Shown here one piece after another: positions 9,626 through 19,114 of a stretch of 64,000 bases of DNA. A model generated the notes under the pieces. It saw only the letters and a list, made by a program, of their open reading frames with translations, had not been told where the DNA came from and searched no databases. Origin of the DNA: an uncultured Christensenella sp. Its GTDB lineage: Bacteria > Bacillota > Clostridia > Christensenellales > Aristaeellaceae. The position numbers were made by a program, and so were the translations under genes. Position 1 is the stretch's first letter. Every line of letters begins with the position of its first letter. The stretch is taken from assembly GCA_964630465.1 (NCBI GenBank), contig CAZVUU010000002.1, forward strand, positions 19,687 to 83,686, given 5' to 3'.

Positions 9626-11040
9626 TGAAACTTATTTTTGAGCTTGGCGCCTCCGGACGCCGAATGAGCTATCTGCTGCCATGTGATGTCCCCCAGACAG
9701 ACATCCCCGAGGGGAAGACGCGCAAGGCTGCTCCGTTACTGCCTGAATTGACCGAAGTGGAACTGACGCGCCACTATACGAGGCTTGCCAAACAGGCATT
9801 CGGAGTGAACAGCGGCTTTTATCCCCTGGGTTCATGCACAATGAAATATAATCCGAGGATCAATGAAGTTACTTCCGGTGATCCGAATTTTCTGGGTATT
9901 CATCCGCTTCAGCCCGCGAAGAGCGCAAAGGGAAGCAAAGAAGCCTTGAAGCTGGCGGGAGCTTTGCTGTGTGAGATCACAGGCATGGATGAGATGAGCT
10001 TTCAGCCCGCGGCGGGGGCTCACGGTGAGTATACGGGGCTTTTGCTGATTAAGAAATATCATGAACTGCGCGGCGATACAAAGCGCACCAAAATTATTGT
10101 GCCTGATTCCGCTCACGGAACCAATCCGGCAAGCGCAGCCATGGTGGGTTACAGCGTCATCAATATTCCGTCCGATGCGCGGGGCTGTGTTGACATGGAG
10201 GCGCTGGAGTCTGCCTGCAGCGATGAAGTGGCAGGTTTGATGCTGACCAATCCGAACACCTTAGGCCTGTTTGATCCCAACATTTTAGAGATCACGCGTT
10301 TAGTGCATGATTGCGGCGGCTTATGCTATTATGACGGCGCGAATCTAAACCCGATCATGGGCAAGGTCAGGCCGGGAGATATGGGCTTTGATGTAGTTCA
10401 CCTAAATTTACACAAAACCTTTTCGACCCCGCACGGAGGCGGCGGCCCCGGTTCAGGGCCTGTGGGATGCAAAGATATCCTGAAACCTTATCTGCCCGAT
10501 TCTCTGATGGGAGAGGGCAGAAAGCCGGAAAGCATCGGTCAGGTACGCTCTTTCTACGGTAACTTTGGTATCGTCATGCGCGCATTGACCTATATCCTGA
10601 CACTGGGATCGGATGGAATAAAGGCATCCGCAGAGGCAGCGGTGCTGAACGCCAATTATCTGATGCACCGCGTAAAACAGGACTTCCCTTTAGCATACGA
10701 CCATATTTGCATGCATGAGTTTGTGCTGACACTTGGAGAGATTAAGAGAAAATACAATATATCCGCGCTTGATGTCGCCAAAGGACTGATCGATTACGGC
10801 ATGCATCCGCCGACCATGTATTTCCCCCTGATCGTTCAAGAAGCTCTGATGCTGGAGCCGACGGAAACGGAGAGCCGTGAAACTCTGGATGAAGCGGCCC
10901 TCGCTTTCAAAGCCATACGTGAAAAGATAGAGACTGACCCTGACAGCCTCCGCCGGGCTCCTTTGACTACGCCTATTGGCCGGCCTGACGAGGTGACGGC
11001 AGCCAGAAACCCAATTCTGCGTTATACACCGGAGGCTTAA
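9625..11040 (+). CDS. gcvPB: glycine dehydrogenase (aminomethyl-transferring) subunit 2, GcvPB
   Basis: PLP-lysine region HLNLHKTFSTPHGGGGPG. TGATG overlap with the gcvPA stop. Confidence 0.93.
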   Translation: MKLIFELGASGRRMSYLLPCDVPQTDIPEGKTRKAAPLLPELTEVELTRHYTRLAKQAFGVNSGFYPLGSCTMKYNPRINEVTSGDPNFLGIHPLQPAKSAKGSKEALKLAGALLCEITGMDEMSFQPAAGAHGEYTGLLLIKKYHELRGDTKRTKIIVPDSAHGTNPASAAMVGYSVINIPSDARGCVDMEALESACSDEVAGLMLTNPNTLGLFDPNILEITRLVHDCGGLCYYDGANLNPIMGKVRPGDMGFDVVHLNLHKTFSTPHGGGGPGSGPVGCKDILKPYLPDSLMGEGRKPESIGQVRSFYGNFGIVMRALTYILTLGSDGIKASAEAAVLNANYLMHRVKQDFPLAYDHICMHEFVLTLGEIKRKYNISALDVAKGLIDYGMHPPTMYFPLIVQEALMLEPTETESRETLDEAALAFKAIREKIETDPDSLRRAPLTTPIGRPDEVTAARNPILRYTPEA

Positions 11041-11052
11041 ACAAAAGAAAAG

Positions 11053-11090
11053 AAAAAGCCGGTCACCTGTTTGAGGCGACCGGCTTTTTC
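11053..11090. terminator. bidirectional intrinsic terminator between gcvPB and convergent pgi
   Basis: A-run, then stem AGCCGGTCACC / AGGCGACCGGCT, then a T-run. Confidence 0.75.
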
Positions 11091-11101
11091 AAACCAATAA
11101 A

Positions 11102-12535
11102 CTAAAGAATGAATTCCTGTTTTAGTGCCGGGACGGAAGACATTTCGTCCTGCTTATGCCGGAACTTTTCTGCGGTATTGCCGAGGACCGCGTATGAGGC
11201 AATTTTAGATTCCTCAACGCCGGGCTGATTGAACGCGTCAATGTCAAGCAGTTCGCCAAGATAGGCGGTAACCAGCTCAAAGAAATAGATCAGCTGACCG
11301 ATCGTGTGCGCGTTGACCTCCGGCAGCGTGATGGTCTGACTCATACGCTTTGACTTCAGGAGTGCATATTCGGTTCCCGCGCGCTCAGCTTCGATCAGCT
11401 CATTGTGGCTCTTGCCGCCAAGGAAAGACACATCGGCAAACTCTTCGCAGCCATGGGGGATAGATGTCACCGCGCGGAAATTTTCAACCTTCAGAAAGGT
11501 GATCACCTTGTCATAGGGACCTTCGGTATAGAGCTGCAGCTGGCTATGCTGGTCAGTTACGCCAAGAGATTTGACCGGCGTCTGGCCGACGTTAACAGGC
11601 TCGCCTTTTCGGGTTAAATTTTTCCCCAGGCTTTCTGCCCATAGCTGGCAAAACCAGTCGGCCATGTACTTTAAACTGTCAGCATAAGGCATCATAACAT
11701 GCACGTTGATACCTCGTTGCTGCATCAGAACATATTGAACGGCGGCCTCCAGTAAAGCCGGATTGCTCCACATGTTATGAGATGAGCAATGAGCATCCAT
11801 TGCGGCGGCACCGTCAAGCAGCGCTTTGATATCAATCCCGCAAACGGCGGCGCCCAACAGGCCGACAGGGCTTAGCTCGCTGAAGCGTCCTCCGACGGAA
11901 GCAGGGATATAAAACAGCTTAAAGCCTTCTTTTTGGGCAAGCTTGATCAGGTTGCCTTTTTCTTTGTCCGTTGTAGCAATGATATGCTTCTGCCATCCTT
12001 CACCTACATGTTTTTTGAGCGCCTCGGAGATGATAAGGTATTGGCTCATAGTTTCAGCTGTGGCGCCGGACTTGGTGATAATATTAAAACAAGTAGTCTT
12101 CAGGTCGATCACATCAAGCAAGGCCTGCATACGTTCAGGGTCGATATTGTCTTCTACATAGAAGCGGGGGCCGCCGCGCCGCTCATCACTGAGCTCATTG
12201 TAACGAAGGTGATTGAGTGCTTGCTGTACAGCCAGGGGGCCCAAAGCGCTGCCGCCAATACCCAATATGACGAAGCTCTTGTACTCTTTTCGTATCGCGG
12301 CAGCTGTTGACAAGATATCGGAAACGATTTCTTTCTGGTTATAGGGCAGTTCGGTCCAGCCCAGCCAGCCGGAACCCCGATTTGCTTTGATTGCCTCAAA
12401 AGCCCAGGATGCGTCTACACTGACAGCAGCCAATTCTTCAGGTCGAAGACCATATTGATCACCCAGCATGTGGCTCATTAAATGATTGACATCCAGCCTG
12501 ATTAAGGATGTGGAGCCCGACATAGAATTTCGCAA
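11102..12535 (-). CDS. pgi: glucose-6-phosphate isomerase
   Basis: PGI-family motifs (GIGGSALGP, TKSGATAET, GGRFSELS, DQHSQLQLY). TTG start lies 8 nt downstream of AGGAGG. Confidence 0.93.
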   Translation of the reverse strand: MRNSMSGSTSLIRLDVNHLMSHMLGDQYGLRPEELAAVSVDASWAFEAIKANRGSGWLGWTELPYNQKEIVSDILSTAAAIRKEYKSFVILGIGGSALGPLAVQQALNHLRYNELSDERRGGPRFYVEDNIDPERMQALLDVIDLKTTCFNIITKSGATAETMSQYLIISEALKKHVGEGWQKHIIATTDKEKGNLIKLAQKEGFKLFYIPASVGGRFSELSPVGLLGAAVCGIDIKALLDGAAAMDAHCSSHNMWSNPALLEAAVQYVLMQQRGINVHVMMPYADSLKYMADWFCQLWAESLGKNLTRKGEPVNVGQTPVKSLGVTDQHSQLQLYTEGPYDKVITFLKVENFRAVTSIPHGCEEFADVSFLGGKSHNELIEAERAGTEYALLKSKRMSQTITLPEVNAHTIGQLIYFFELVTAYLGELLDIDAFNQPGVEESKIASYAVLGNTAEKFRHKQDEMSSVPALKQEFIL

Positions 12536-12583
12536 TAAATCCGCCTCCTTTATTCATTAAAATTATATCACAGCGTCGTCGCA

Positions 12584-12613
12584 TTGACAAAGAGAACCGT
12601 TTGCTTTTATAAT
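12584..12613 (+). promoter_or_regulatory. sigma-A type promoter for the hisS-aspS leader
   Basis: TTGACA (12584-12589), 18-nt spacer, TATAAT (12608-12613). Confidence 0.6.
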
Positions 12614-12619
12614 ACGCAA

Positions 12620-12838
12620 ACGGCAATGATGGGAAGATGATGAACCGTCTGTCATTCAGAGAAGGAGATCTTGGCTGAAAATCTCCCGGCAGACCAACAT
12701 CGGGACAACCCGGAGCCTCCGGTGAAAGCCGGCGCAAAACCCGCGTTATGGGTACAGAGCGGCACAATATGTGCAAGCAGGGTGGCACCGCGATTAATTC
12801 GTCCCATGCATTTGGTATGTATGGGTTTGTTTTTTTGA
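12620..12838 (+). promoter_or_regulatory. T-box riboswitch leader (tRNA-sensing antitermination) upstream of hisS-aspS
   Basis: AGAGA element near 12657. Conserved T-box sequence AGCAGGGUGGCACCGCG (12775-12792). Terminator hairpin CCCAUGCAU-UUGGU-AUGUAUGGG followed by UUUGUUUUUUU (12803-12837). Confidence 0.85.
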
Positions 12839-12849
12839 AAGGAGGACTT

Positions 12850-14115
12850 ATGATACAAGCGCCTAAGGGGACAAAGGATTGCCTGCCGCAAGAAAGCTTT
12901 AAGTTTCAGCATATAGAAAACGTCATGCGCAAACACGCTGCATTGGCCGGTTATCGAGAAATCCGCACGCCGGTATTTGAATATACAGAGCTGTTTTTAC
13001 GCGGTGTCGGCGATACGACCGACATTGTGCAAAAGGAAATGTATACGTTTGAAGATAAGGGAGGACGGTCAATCACCCTGAAACCTGAAGGCACGGCAGG
13101 CGCTGTACGCGCCTTGATCGAAGGAAAGCTTTATGCGCAGGCACAGCCTGTGAAAATGTATTATATCAATAACCCGATCTTTCGGTATGAAAACCCTCAG
13201 CAGGGCAGGCTGCGGGAACACCACCAGTTTGGCATGGAATGCTTTGGGGCGAAGGAGCCTTCAGCCGATGCCGAGCTTATTTCCGGACTACTCAACATGC
13301 TGACTGAACTGGGGCTTGACGACCTGACGGTCAATATCAACTCCATCGGTTGCCCAAGCTGCAGACCTCTCTATCATCAAAAGCTTCGAGAATATCTCGC
13401 CGGCCACATGGATCAACTGTGTGACAACTGCAAGGAACGGTTTGACCGCAACCCCCTGCGTGTACTTGACTGTAAAGAAACCGGATGCAAAAATGTTGTG
13501 AAGCATGCGCCCCTTATACTGGACACGCTTTGTGAAGAATGCGCTGATCACTTCACAGGACTCAGAGGCCTTCTCGACGCGGCTGAGGTCAATTATAAAA
13601 TTGATCCTATGATTGTGCGGGGGCTTGACTACTATACCAAAACAGTGTTTGAGATCATTATGCACGGACGCCGTGAAGGGCTTGCTTTGTGCGGCGGAGG
13701 TCGTTATGACGGGCTGGTTGAGCAGCTTGGGGGACCTCAGCTTTCCGGCGTCGGGTTTGGTATCGGGATTGAACGGGTCCTGATGGAAATAGAAACAAAA
13801 GGAATAGAATGGACGCATCCGCCGGTGTATGAAGTTTTTGTGGCCAATATCTCGCCCGAGGATTTTTCACGGGCTTTTGAATTGGCGCTTGCCTTGCGAG
13901 CAAACGGGATCAGAACCGATTGTGATCATACGGGAAGAAATCTGAGGGCCCAGTTTAAATATGCCAATAAACTGGGTATCCGTATGATGGCCATAGTCGG
14001 CGGAGAAGAGCTGGAGCGCGGCAACATCCTATTGCGTGACATGCAAAGCGGAGAAGAGACGGAAGTACCAGCAGAAACTGCGCATCTGAGCATCGCAGAA
14101 AGATTGAAAGGTTGA
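12850..14115 (+). CDS. hisS: histidine--tRNA ligase
   Basis: N-terminus MIQAPKGTKD with GGAGG RBS. Class II motif 2 FRYENPQQGRLREHHQFG and C-terminal anticodon-binding domain. The ORF is open from 12748, but that part overlaps the T-box leader. Confidence 0.95.
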   Translation: MIQAPKGTKDCLPQESFKFQHIENVMRKHAALAGYREIRTPVFEYTELFLRGVGDTTDIVQKEMYTFEDKGGRSITLKPEGTAGAVRALIEGKLYAQAQPVKMYYINNPIFRYENPQQGRLREHHQFGMECFGAKEPSADAELISGLLNMLTELGLDDLTVNINSIGCPSCRPLYHQKLREYLAGHMDQLCDNCKERFDRNPLRVLDCKETGCKNVVKHAPLILDTLCEECADHFTGLRGLLDAAEVNYKIDPMIVRGLDYYTKTVFEIIMHGRREGLALCGGGRYDGLVEQLGGPQLSGVGFGIGIERVLMEIETKGIEWTHPPVYEVFVANISPEDFSRAFELALALRANGIRTDCDHTGRNLRAQFKYANKLGIRMMAIVGGEELERGNILLRDMQSGEETEVPAETAHLSIAERLKG

Positions 14116-14122
14116 AAGAGAT

Positions 14123-15922
14123 ATGGCTGAATTTTTGAATGGATGGAAGCGGGATCTGCGCTGTGGCGAAGTGGGTGTAGCACAGGTTGGTAAGCAGGTC
14201 ATTCTGATGGGATGGGTTCAACGCTCCCGAAACATGGGCGGTGTCATCTTCGTATGGCTGCGCGACGTATCCGGTATGGTGCAAGTGGTGTTTGACGCGG
14301 AGAAGCTTGATGAGAAAACCTTTGGAATCGGGGTTTCGCTGCGGTCGGAGTATGTGGTGGCAGTTAAAGGGGAAGTTGCCTTCCGGGACGCTTCCGCTGT
14401 CAATGAGCAGATGGCCACCGGGCGTGTTGAAGTGCTCGTTAAAGAAGCAAAGCTGTTGAACGCAGCCGAGACACCGCCTATTTACATTGAAGACGGAGCG
14501 AAAGACAACGAAGCCGTGCGGCTGAAGTATCGATATCTTGATCTTCGCAAACCGTCGATGCAAAAGACCATGATCACCCGGTCCAAAGTGATCAACACCA
14601 TCAGGGAATATATGATCAGCCGGGATTTTGCCGAGTTTGAAACGCCCATTTTGACCAAATCTACCCCGGAGGGGGCGCGTGACTTTCTGGTGCCCAGCCG
14701 TATCCATACGGGTGAGTGCTATGCGCTGCCGCAAAGCCCGCAAATCTACAAACAACTGTTGATGCTGGCCGGTATGGACAGATATTTTCAAGTCGCCAGG
14801 TGTTTTCGTGATGAGGACAGCCGTGCTGACCGCCAGCCGGAATTTACTCAGCTGGACCTCGAAATGAGTTTTGTGGAGCCTGAAGATGTACAAAATGTTG
14901 TTGAAGGAGCTTTTGCCGCGGTATTTTACAAAGTGAAAGGTATTGAGCTCCAGCTGCCCTTACCTCGCATGACCTGGAAAGAGGCGATGGAGAAATATGG
15001 CAGCGATAAACCGGATACCCGCTATGACATGAAAATATCAACAGTAAACGACATTGTCAGCGACTGCGGTTTTTCTATCTTTGAGCAGGCAGCAGCGCAA
15101 GGAAACACAGTATGCGCCATCACAGCCAAGCAAGCGGCAGGTCGGCTTAGCCGCAAAGAGATGGATGCTCTGGGCGAGTATGCCAAGACTTATCACGTGA
15201 AAGGACTTGCATGGCTGGCCTTGGGTGAGGACGGCAATATCCGCTCGTCGTTTGCTAAGTTCTTTTCGGAAGAAAAGCTTTCACAACTGCTTACATTCAT
15301 GCAGGTAGAACCCGGCGATGCCTTGTTCCTGATTGCCGACAAAAAGCTTGTAGCACTCAATGCCATGGGCCAGCTGCGTGCCAAGTTGGCGCGAGACCTG
15401 GGCCTGATCGATAAAAGCCAATATAATTTGTTATGGATCACCGAGTTCCCTTTGCTTGAATGGAACGAGGATGAACAGCGTTTTCAAGCTGCACACCATC
15501 CCTTTACGATGCCCATGGAAGAGGATTTTGAATTGATGCATGAGCATCCCGAACTGACGCGCGCCCAGTCCTATGACTTGGTGCTCAACGGGATAGAGAT
15601 GGGATCCGGCTCTATTCGTATCCATGCGAGTGACTTGCAGGAGCAGATGTTTTCTCTTCTCGGCTTCAGCCACGAAGAAGCCTGGGAACGTTTTGGCTTT
15701 TTACTGGAAGCCTTCAAATACGGGACACCACCGCACGGCGGCTTTGCCTTTGGCATTGACCGGCTGATGATGGTATTGACCGCGGCAGACAGCCTGCGCG
15801 ATGTCATCCCCTTCCCCAAGGCACAAAACGCAGCTTGCTTGATGATGGAGACACCCAGCCGTGTTTCTGAGGAGGCTCTGAAAATGCTTCATCTGCATTT
15901 TGATGAAGGGATGAAAGGTTAA
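14123..15922 (+). CDS. aspS: aspartate--tRNA ligase
   Basis: OB-fold N-terminus, FRDEDSRADRQPEFTQLD (motif 2) and GIDRLMM (motif 3). Confidence 0.96.
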   Translation: MAEFLNGWKRDLRCGEVGVAQVGKQVILMGWVQRSRNMGGVIFVWLRDVSGMVQVVFDAEKLDEKTFGIGVSLRSEYVVAVKGEVAFRDASAVNEQMATGRVEVLVKEAKLLNAAETPPIYIEDGAKDNEAVRLKYRYLDLRKPSMQKTMITRSKVINTIREYMISRDFAEFETPILTKSTPEGARDFLVPSRIHTGECYALPQSPQIYKQLLMLAGMDRYFQVARCFRDEDSRADRQPEFTQLDLEMSFVEPEDVQNVVEGAFAAVFYKVKGIELQLPLPRMTWKEAMEKYGSDKPDTRYDMKISTVNDIVSDCGFSIFEQAAAQGNTVCAITAKQAAGRLSRKEMDALGEYAKTYHVKGLAWLALGEDGNIRSSFAKFFSEEKLSQLLTFMQVEPGDALFLIADKKLVALNAMGQLRAKLARDLGLIDKSQYNLLWITEFPLLEWNEDEQRFQAAHHPFTMPMEEDFELMHEHPELTRAQSYDLVLNGIEMGSGSIRIHASDLQEQMFSLLGFSHEEAWERFGFLLEAFKYGTPPHGGFAFGIDRLMMVLTAADSLRDVIPFPKAQNAACLMMETPSRVSEEALKMLHLHFDEGMKG

Positions 15923-15935
15923 ACCGGAAACAAAC

Positions 15936-16829
15936 ATGCTCCATGAAATCGATCCCCTGCGCTTTGATAATGTTTTCCATCCTCACCAACCTGAAAACGG
16001 CGATAGTATTTTATGCTATCAAGGGGATGCCCTTCTGTTGAAAAACAGTGAGGAGGGGATCGCTTTTCCTTTTTTTAACGCGTCAACAATGAAGGCGCAG
16101 CATTTCATTTATTTATTTTCAATTGATTCTCAGAGATGCTTTCTGTCCCTTTCGCCTGTATGCGCGCCGGGTTTTTCCTTTCATCCGGCCCAGGTGCTTC
16201 GCAGCGCTGTTCCCGCTCACTCCGCTTTTGCCGGCACTGTCGGTCTACATCTTTATCGGTGGTATAAGACGAGAAAGTATTGCGGGGCATGCGGGCAAAA
16301 GACTCAGCACGATCTGAATGAGCGTATGTTGTTTTGCCCGTCGTGCCAGCACAAAGAATACCCTCAGATCATGCCGGCCGTTATCGTCGGTGTCATTAAC
16401 GAGGAACAGCTATTACTGACCAGATATGCTGCCCGCCCGAACCAGGCCGTAAATCCACGGCCTGCTTTGGTCGCGGGTTATACTGAGATAGGCGAGACGC
16501 TGGAGGAAACAGTGCGGCGGGAGGTAAGGGAGGAAACGGGACTCGATGTTTATGATATCACCTATTATAAAAGCCAGCCCTGGGCTTTTACCGGCTCCTT
16601 GCTGTCCGGTTTTTTTGCCAGGGTACAAGGGAGCGATGAAATCACTCTTAACGATGAGCTGTCACAGGCAGTCTTTATTGCCAGGGAGGATATCAAAGAG
16701 CCTTACACAAACAAATCTCTTACAAATGAAATGATCTGTTGCTTTCGCGACCTGGGGTCCAGGCTTCTGGTCAAAAAAGATCCTCTGCGTCAGCGGCCTT
16801 ACGGCCCGGCAGAGGCTGACACGCACTGA
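15936..16829 (+). CDS. nudC: NAD(+) diphosphatase / NADH pyrophosphatase NudC (Nudix plus zinc ribbon)
   Basis: Zinc ribbon CGACG...CPSCQ, Nudix box GYTEIGETLEETVRREVREETGL, and NudC-specific SQPWAFTGS. Confidence 0.85.
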   Translation: MLHEIDPLRFDNVFHPHQPENGDSILCYQGDALLLKNSEEGIAFPFFNASTMKAQHFIYLFSIDSQRCFLSLSPVCAPGFSFHPAQVLRSAVPAHSAFAGTVGLHLYRWYKTRKYCGACGQKTQHDLNERMLFCPSCQHKEYPQIMPAVIVGVINEEQLLLTRYAARPNQAVNPRPALVAGYTEIGETLEETVRREVREETGLDVYDITYYKSQPWAFTGSLLSGFFARVQGSDEITLNDELSQAVFIAREDIKEPYTNKSLTNEMICCFRDLGSRLLVKKDPLRQRPYGPAEADTH

Positions 16830-16838
16830 GCTGATGTG

Positions 16839-16867
16839 TTGCGCCCCGGACTAAGTTTTGTTATACT
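16839..16867 (+). promoter_or_regulatory. sigma-A type promoter (extended -10) for the asp23 module
   Basis: TTGCGC (16839-16844), 17-nt spacer ending TGt, TATACT (16862-16867). Confidence 0.5.
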
Positions 16868-16894
16868 GACAAGGTAATGAGGAGGTGTATCAAC

Positions 16895-17530
16895 ATGGCA
16901 CCTAAGAATGAAAATCTTCCGGTCGACTCTGAAATCAAGTTAAGCGATGGTGGTACGATTACTTACGCCAATGAAGTCATCGCCATTATTTCCGGCATCG
17001 CGGCCAATGAGATCGATGGGATTGCCGGCATGGTAACCAGCGGCGGATTTGGAGATATCATCGGTAAAAACCGTAATATCACCCGAGGCGTGAAGGTCGA
17101 AGTGGGCACTGAGGAAGTGTCTGTCGATCTTTATACCATCATCGAATATGGCCAGCCGATCCAGAGAGTAGCCACCGAGGTGCAGGAGAATGTCCGTAAA
17201 TCCATTGAAGCAATGACGGGACTGAAAGTTGTGCGCGTTGATGTGCACGTTCAGGGCGTCAGCTTTGAAAAGGACAAGAGAGAGGCACAATCAAATCTTG
17301 AAGCGGCCAATGTCCCCAGCCTTCCCGACAGCAGCAAGAAAAAGAGCAGGCAGCGCAAAGAAGACGCGCCCGAAGCCAAGGAAGAAAAGCCTGCTAGGCA
17401 GAAGAAAGCCGATAAACCTGAAAAGCCTGAGAAGGCCGAAAAGGAAGAGAAAACGGAGGAACAAGTTCCTCCGTTGCACGAAGCAGTATCGGAGCCTGAT
17501 AAAGAAACCCCTGCAGAGGATAAAAAGTAG
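16895..17530 (+). CDS. Asp23/Gls24 family envelope stress protein with a Lys/Glu/Pro-rich C-terminal tail
   Basis: Asp23 core (ITYANEVIAIISGIAANEIDGIAGM...VDLYTIIEYG). GGAGG RBS 9 nt upstream of ATG 16895. Confidence 0.85.
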   Translation: MAPKNENLPVDSEIKLSDGGTITYANEVIAIISGIAANEIDGIAGMVTSGGFGDIIGKNRNITRGVKVEVGTEEVSVDLYTIIEYGQPIQRVATEVQENVRKSIEAMTGLKVVRVDVHVQGVSFEKDKREAQSNLEAANVPSLPDSSKKKSRQRKEDAPEAKEEKPARQKKADKPEKPEKAEKEEKTEEQVPPLHEAVSEPDKETPAEDKK

Positions 17531-17587
17531 TGTGCATATCATCGGCCTGCAAGCTATACTATTTAGGTTGAGAGGGGGAATTGTTTC

Positions 17588-18340
17588 ATGAAGCTCCGTA
17601 CGCTTGACCGCATTCTTATGTCTGTTGGTGCCTTTTTAACCGCTTTGTCGGGTGTATGCGTTGTTTTGATCGGGTTACGAATAGATGCTCTGACGCTGGC
17701 TGGCTTCAGCGGGACAACAGTTTCTGTCAATCGGTTTGTTATCCTGTTATGCGGCGCAGTGTTATTCATATACGGTATATATGTCATGAGTTTGCCGCAA
17801 AGCTACCGAAAGAGAAAGACTGATTTTGTAGTTCAGCAGACTGCTGACGGTGAAATGCGCATATCAGTCCATGCTATGGACGGGCTTGTTCGCAAGGTAA
17901 TGGAATCCCGCAGTGAGATGGTGCTTAAGAGCATGGATGTGGAGAACCGCAAAGGGAATGTCTTTATAGATTTGAAACTTGCCGTTGCCAAGAATATCAG
18001 CATTCCGCTTGCCGTCGCGTCTTTGCAAAAAGACATCAAACAATATTTACTCTCTTCTACCGGTGTGGATGTGTACGAAGTGAAAGTGTCAGTAGACACC
18101 ACCGATGATGAGGCAAAAGATTCGCCGTATCTGATGAGGGATACTATGCATACGTCGGCTGCAGGAAGCGCTGTGGAGGAAAGTGATTTACTATTTTCCG
18201 ATAAAGTCAAACCCGATGAGCCGCTCGATGCTCATATCATGCAGGAAGAGGCCGACAATTCGACAGAACCAATGCACGGGACTGGCGATACAAAGAATGA
18301 ATGGCGGGAAGGGGACAGCAAGGCTTATGAAGGAGACTGA
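17588..18340 (+). CDS. AmaP-like alkaline-shock membrane anchor protein (two N-terminal TM segments, acidic C-terminus)
   Basis: Sits immediately after asp23. Two N-terminal TM helices followed by a soluble domain, the usual AmaP architecture. The family assignment was not checked by alignment. Confidence 0.6.
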   Translation: MKLRTLDRILMSVGAFLTALSGVCVVLIGLRIDALTLAGFSGTTVSVNRFVILLCGAVLFIYGIYVMSLPQSYRKRKTDFVVQQTADGEMRISVHAMDGLVRKVMESRSEMVLKSMDVENRKGNVFIDLKLAVAKNISIPLAVASLQKDIKQYLLSSTGVDVYEVKVSVDTTDDEAKDSPYLMRDTMHTSAAGSAVEESDLLFSDKVKPDEPLDAHIMQEEADNSTEPMHGTGDTKNEWREGDSKAYEGD

Positions 18341-18662
18341 GAAGGCTGCCGTCGACACTAAAGAAAAAATGAGCAGTTTGCGCAGATGTATTTACCCGTT
18401 GGTGTTCTTTCTGCTGGGCATTCTGTGGATATCATTTGGCTTCTGGAAAGCCTTGTTCGTTGCTGTGCTGACCTTGATCGGCTATTTCATCGGCTCGACT
18501 GATGATATCGAAGGCGCTATAAAACAGCTGATCAACAAAGTTTTTCCGCCTTCACAAAAAAAAGTGACATATAGCGCTGAAGATATGGAAAAGCTGAAGA
18601 AGGCACTGGAAAAAAAGGAAAACGAAGAGAAGGAAGAGCCGGCAAGCGAGAAACAGGACTGA
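18327..18662 (+). CDS. small integral membrane protein (DUF2273-like) of the asp23 module
   Basis: Two TM segments (CIYPLVFFLLGILWISFGFWKALFVAVLTLIGYFIG). Third gene of the asp23-amaP module. The start is uncertain (ATG 18327 or 18369); the ORF is open from 18183. Confidence 0.6.
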   Translation: MKETEKAAVDTKEKMSSLRRCIYPLVFFLLGILWISFGFWKALFVAVLTLIGYFIGSTDDIEGAIKQLINKVFPPSQKKVTYSAEDMEKLKKALEKKENEEKEEPASEKQD

Positions 18663-18706
18663 TTATTTCCAGATTTCTCTTGCCAGGCCAATAAGGTAAC
18701 AGAAAA

Positions 18707-19114
18707 ATGTCAAGACTTGCGGCCCGCAGGGCTGCTATGCAGATGATTTATGAGGATATGCTCGGAGGCGAGGGGGGAGATGACACCTTGCTCGGGCTGA
18801 TTGGTTTTCAGGCTGATGATCACTGTGATGAGGATTATATCAAGGCTTTGACTTCCGGGGTCAAACAACACCGGGAAGATATAAACAGACAAATCGCGAG
18901 CCGAAGCAAGTCGTGGGAACTTGAGCGTATACCTGCTTTGGTACGCGCTATTTTGAGTTTGGCTTTGTTTGAGCTGGACTTTGTAAAGGACACGCCTTCC
19001 AGTGTCGTGATCAATGAGGCAGTTGAGCTTGCCAAGCGCTATGGAGAGGAAGGAGACAGCCGGTTTATCAACGGGCTCCTGGGCAGCTATCTGCGTGATA
19101 CTCAAGCGACATGA
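18707..19114 (+). CDS. nusB: transcription antitermination factor NusB
   Basis: NusB fold motifs (RRAAMQMIYE, ERIPALVRAILSLALFEL, NEAVELAKRYG, FINGLLG). Confidence 0.93.
   Translation: MSRLAARRAAMQMIYEDMLGGEGGDDTLLGLIGFQADDHCDEDYIKALTSGVKQHREDINRQIASRSKSWELERIPALVRAILSLALFELDFVKDTPSSVVINEAVELAKRYGEEGDSRFINGLLGSYLRDTQAT

Noticed and set aside
13955-14893. 312-aa ORF on the minus strand
   Set aside because: It is entirely antisense to the highly conserved hisS 3' end and aspS 5' region. It has an Arg/His/Leu/Pro-rich shadow-frame composition, no RBS and no recognisable motif. This is a typical antisense open frame in a mid-GC genome.
17330-17530. Repetitive AAG/GAA/CCT-rich DNA considered as a tandem repeat or CRISPR-like array
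   Set aside because: It is in frame within the Asp23-family CDS and encodes a Lys/Glu/Pro tail. There is no repeat-spacer periodicity.
18183-18326. N-terminal 48 codons of the 159-aa ORF overlapping the amaP-like gene
   Set aside because: This part lies inside the AmaP-like CDS in another frame. The conserved two-TM small protein begins at the later ATG (18327 or 18369).
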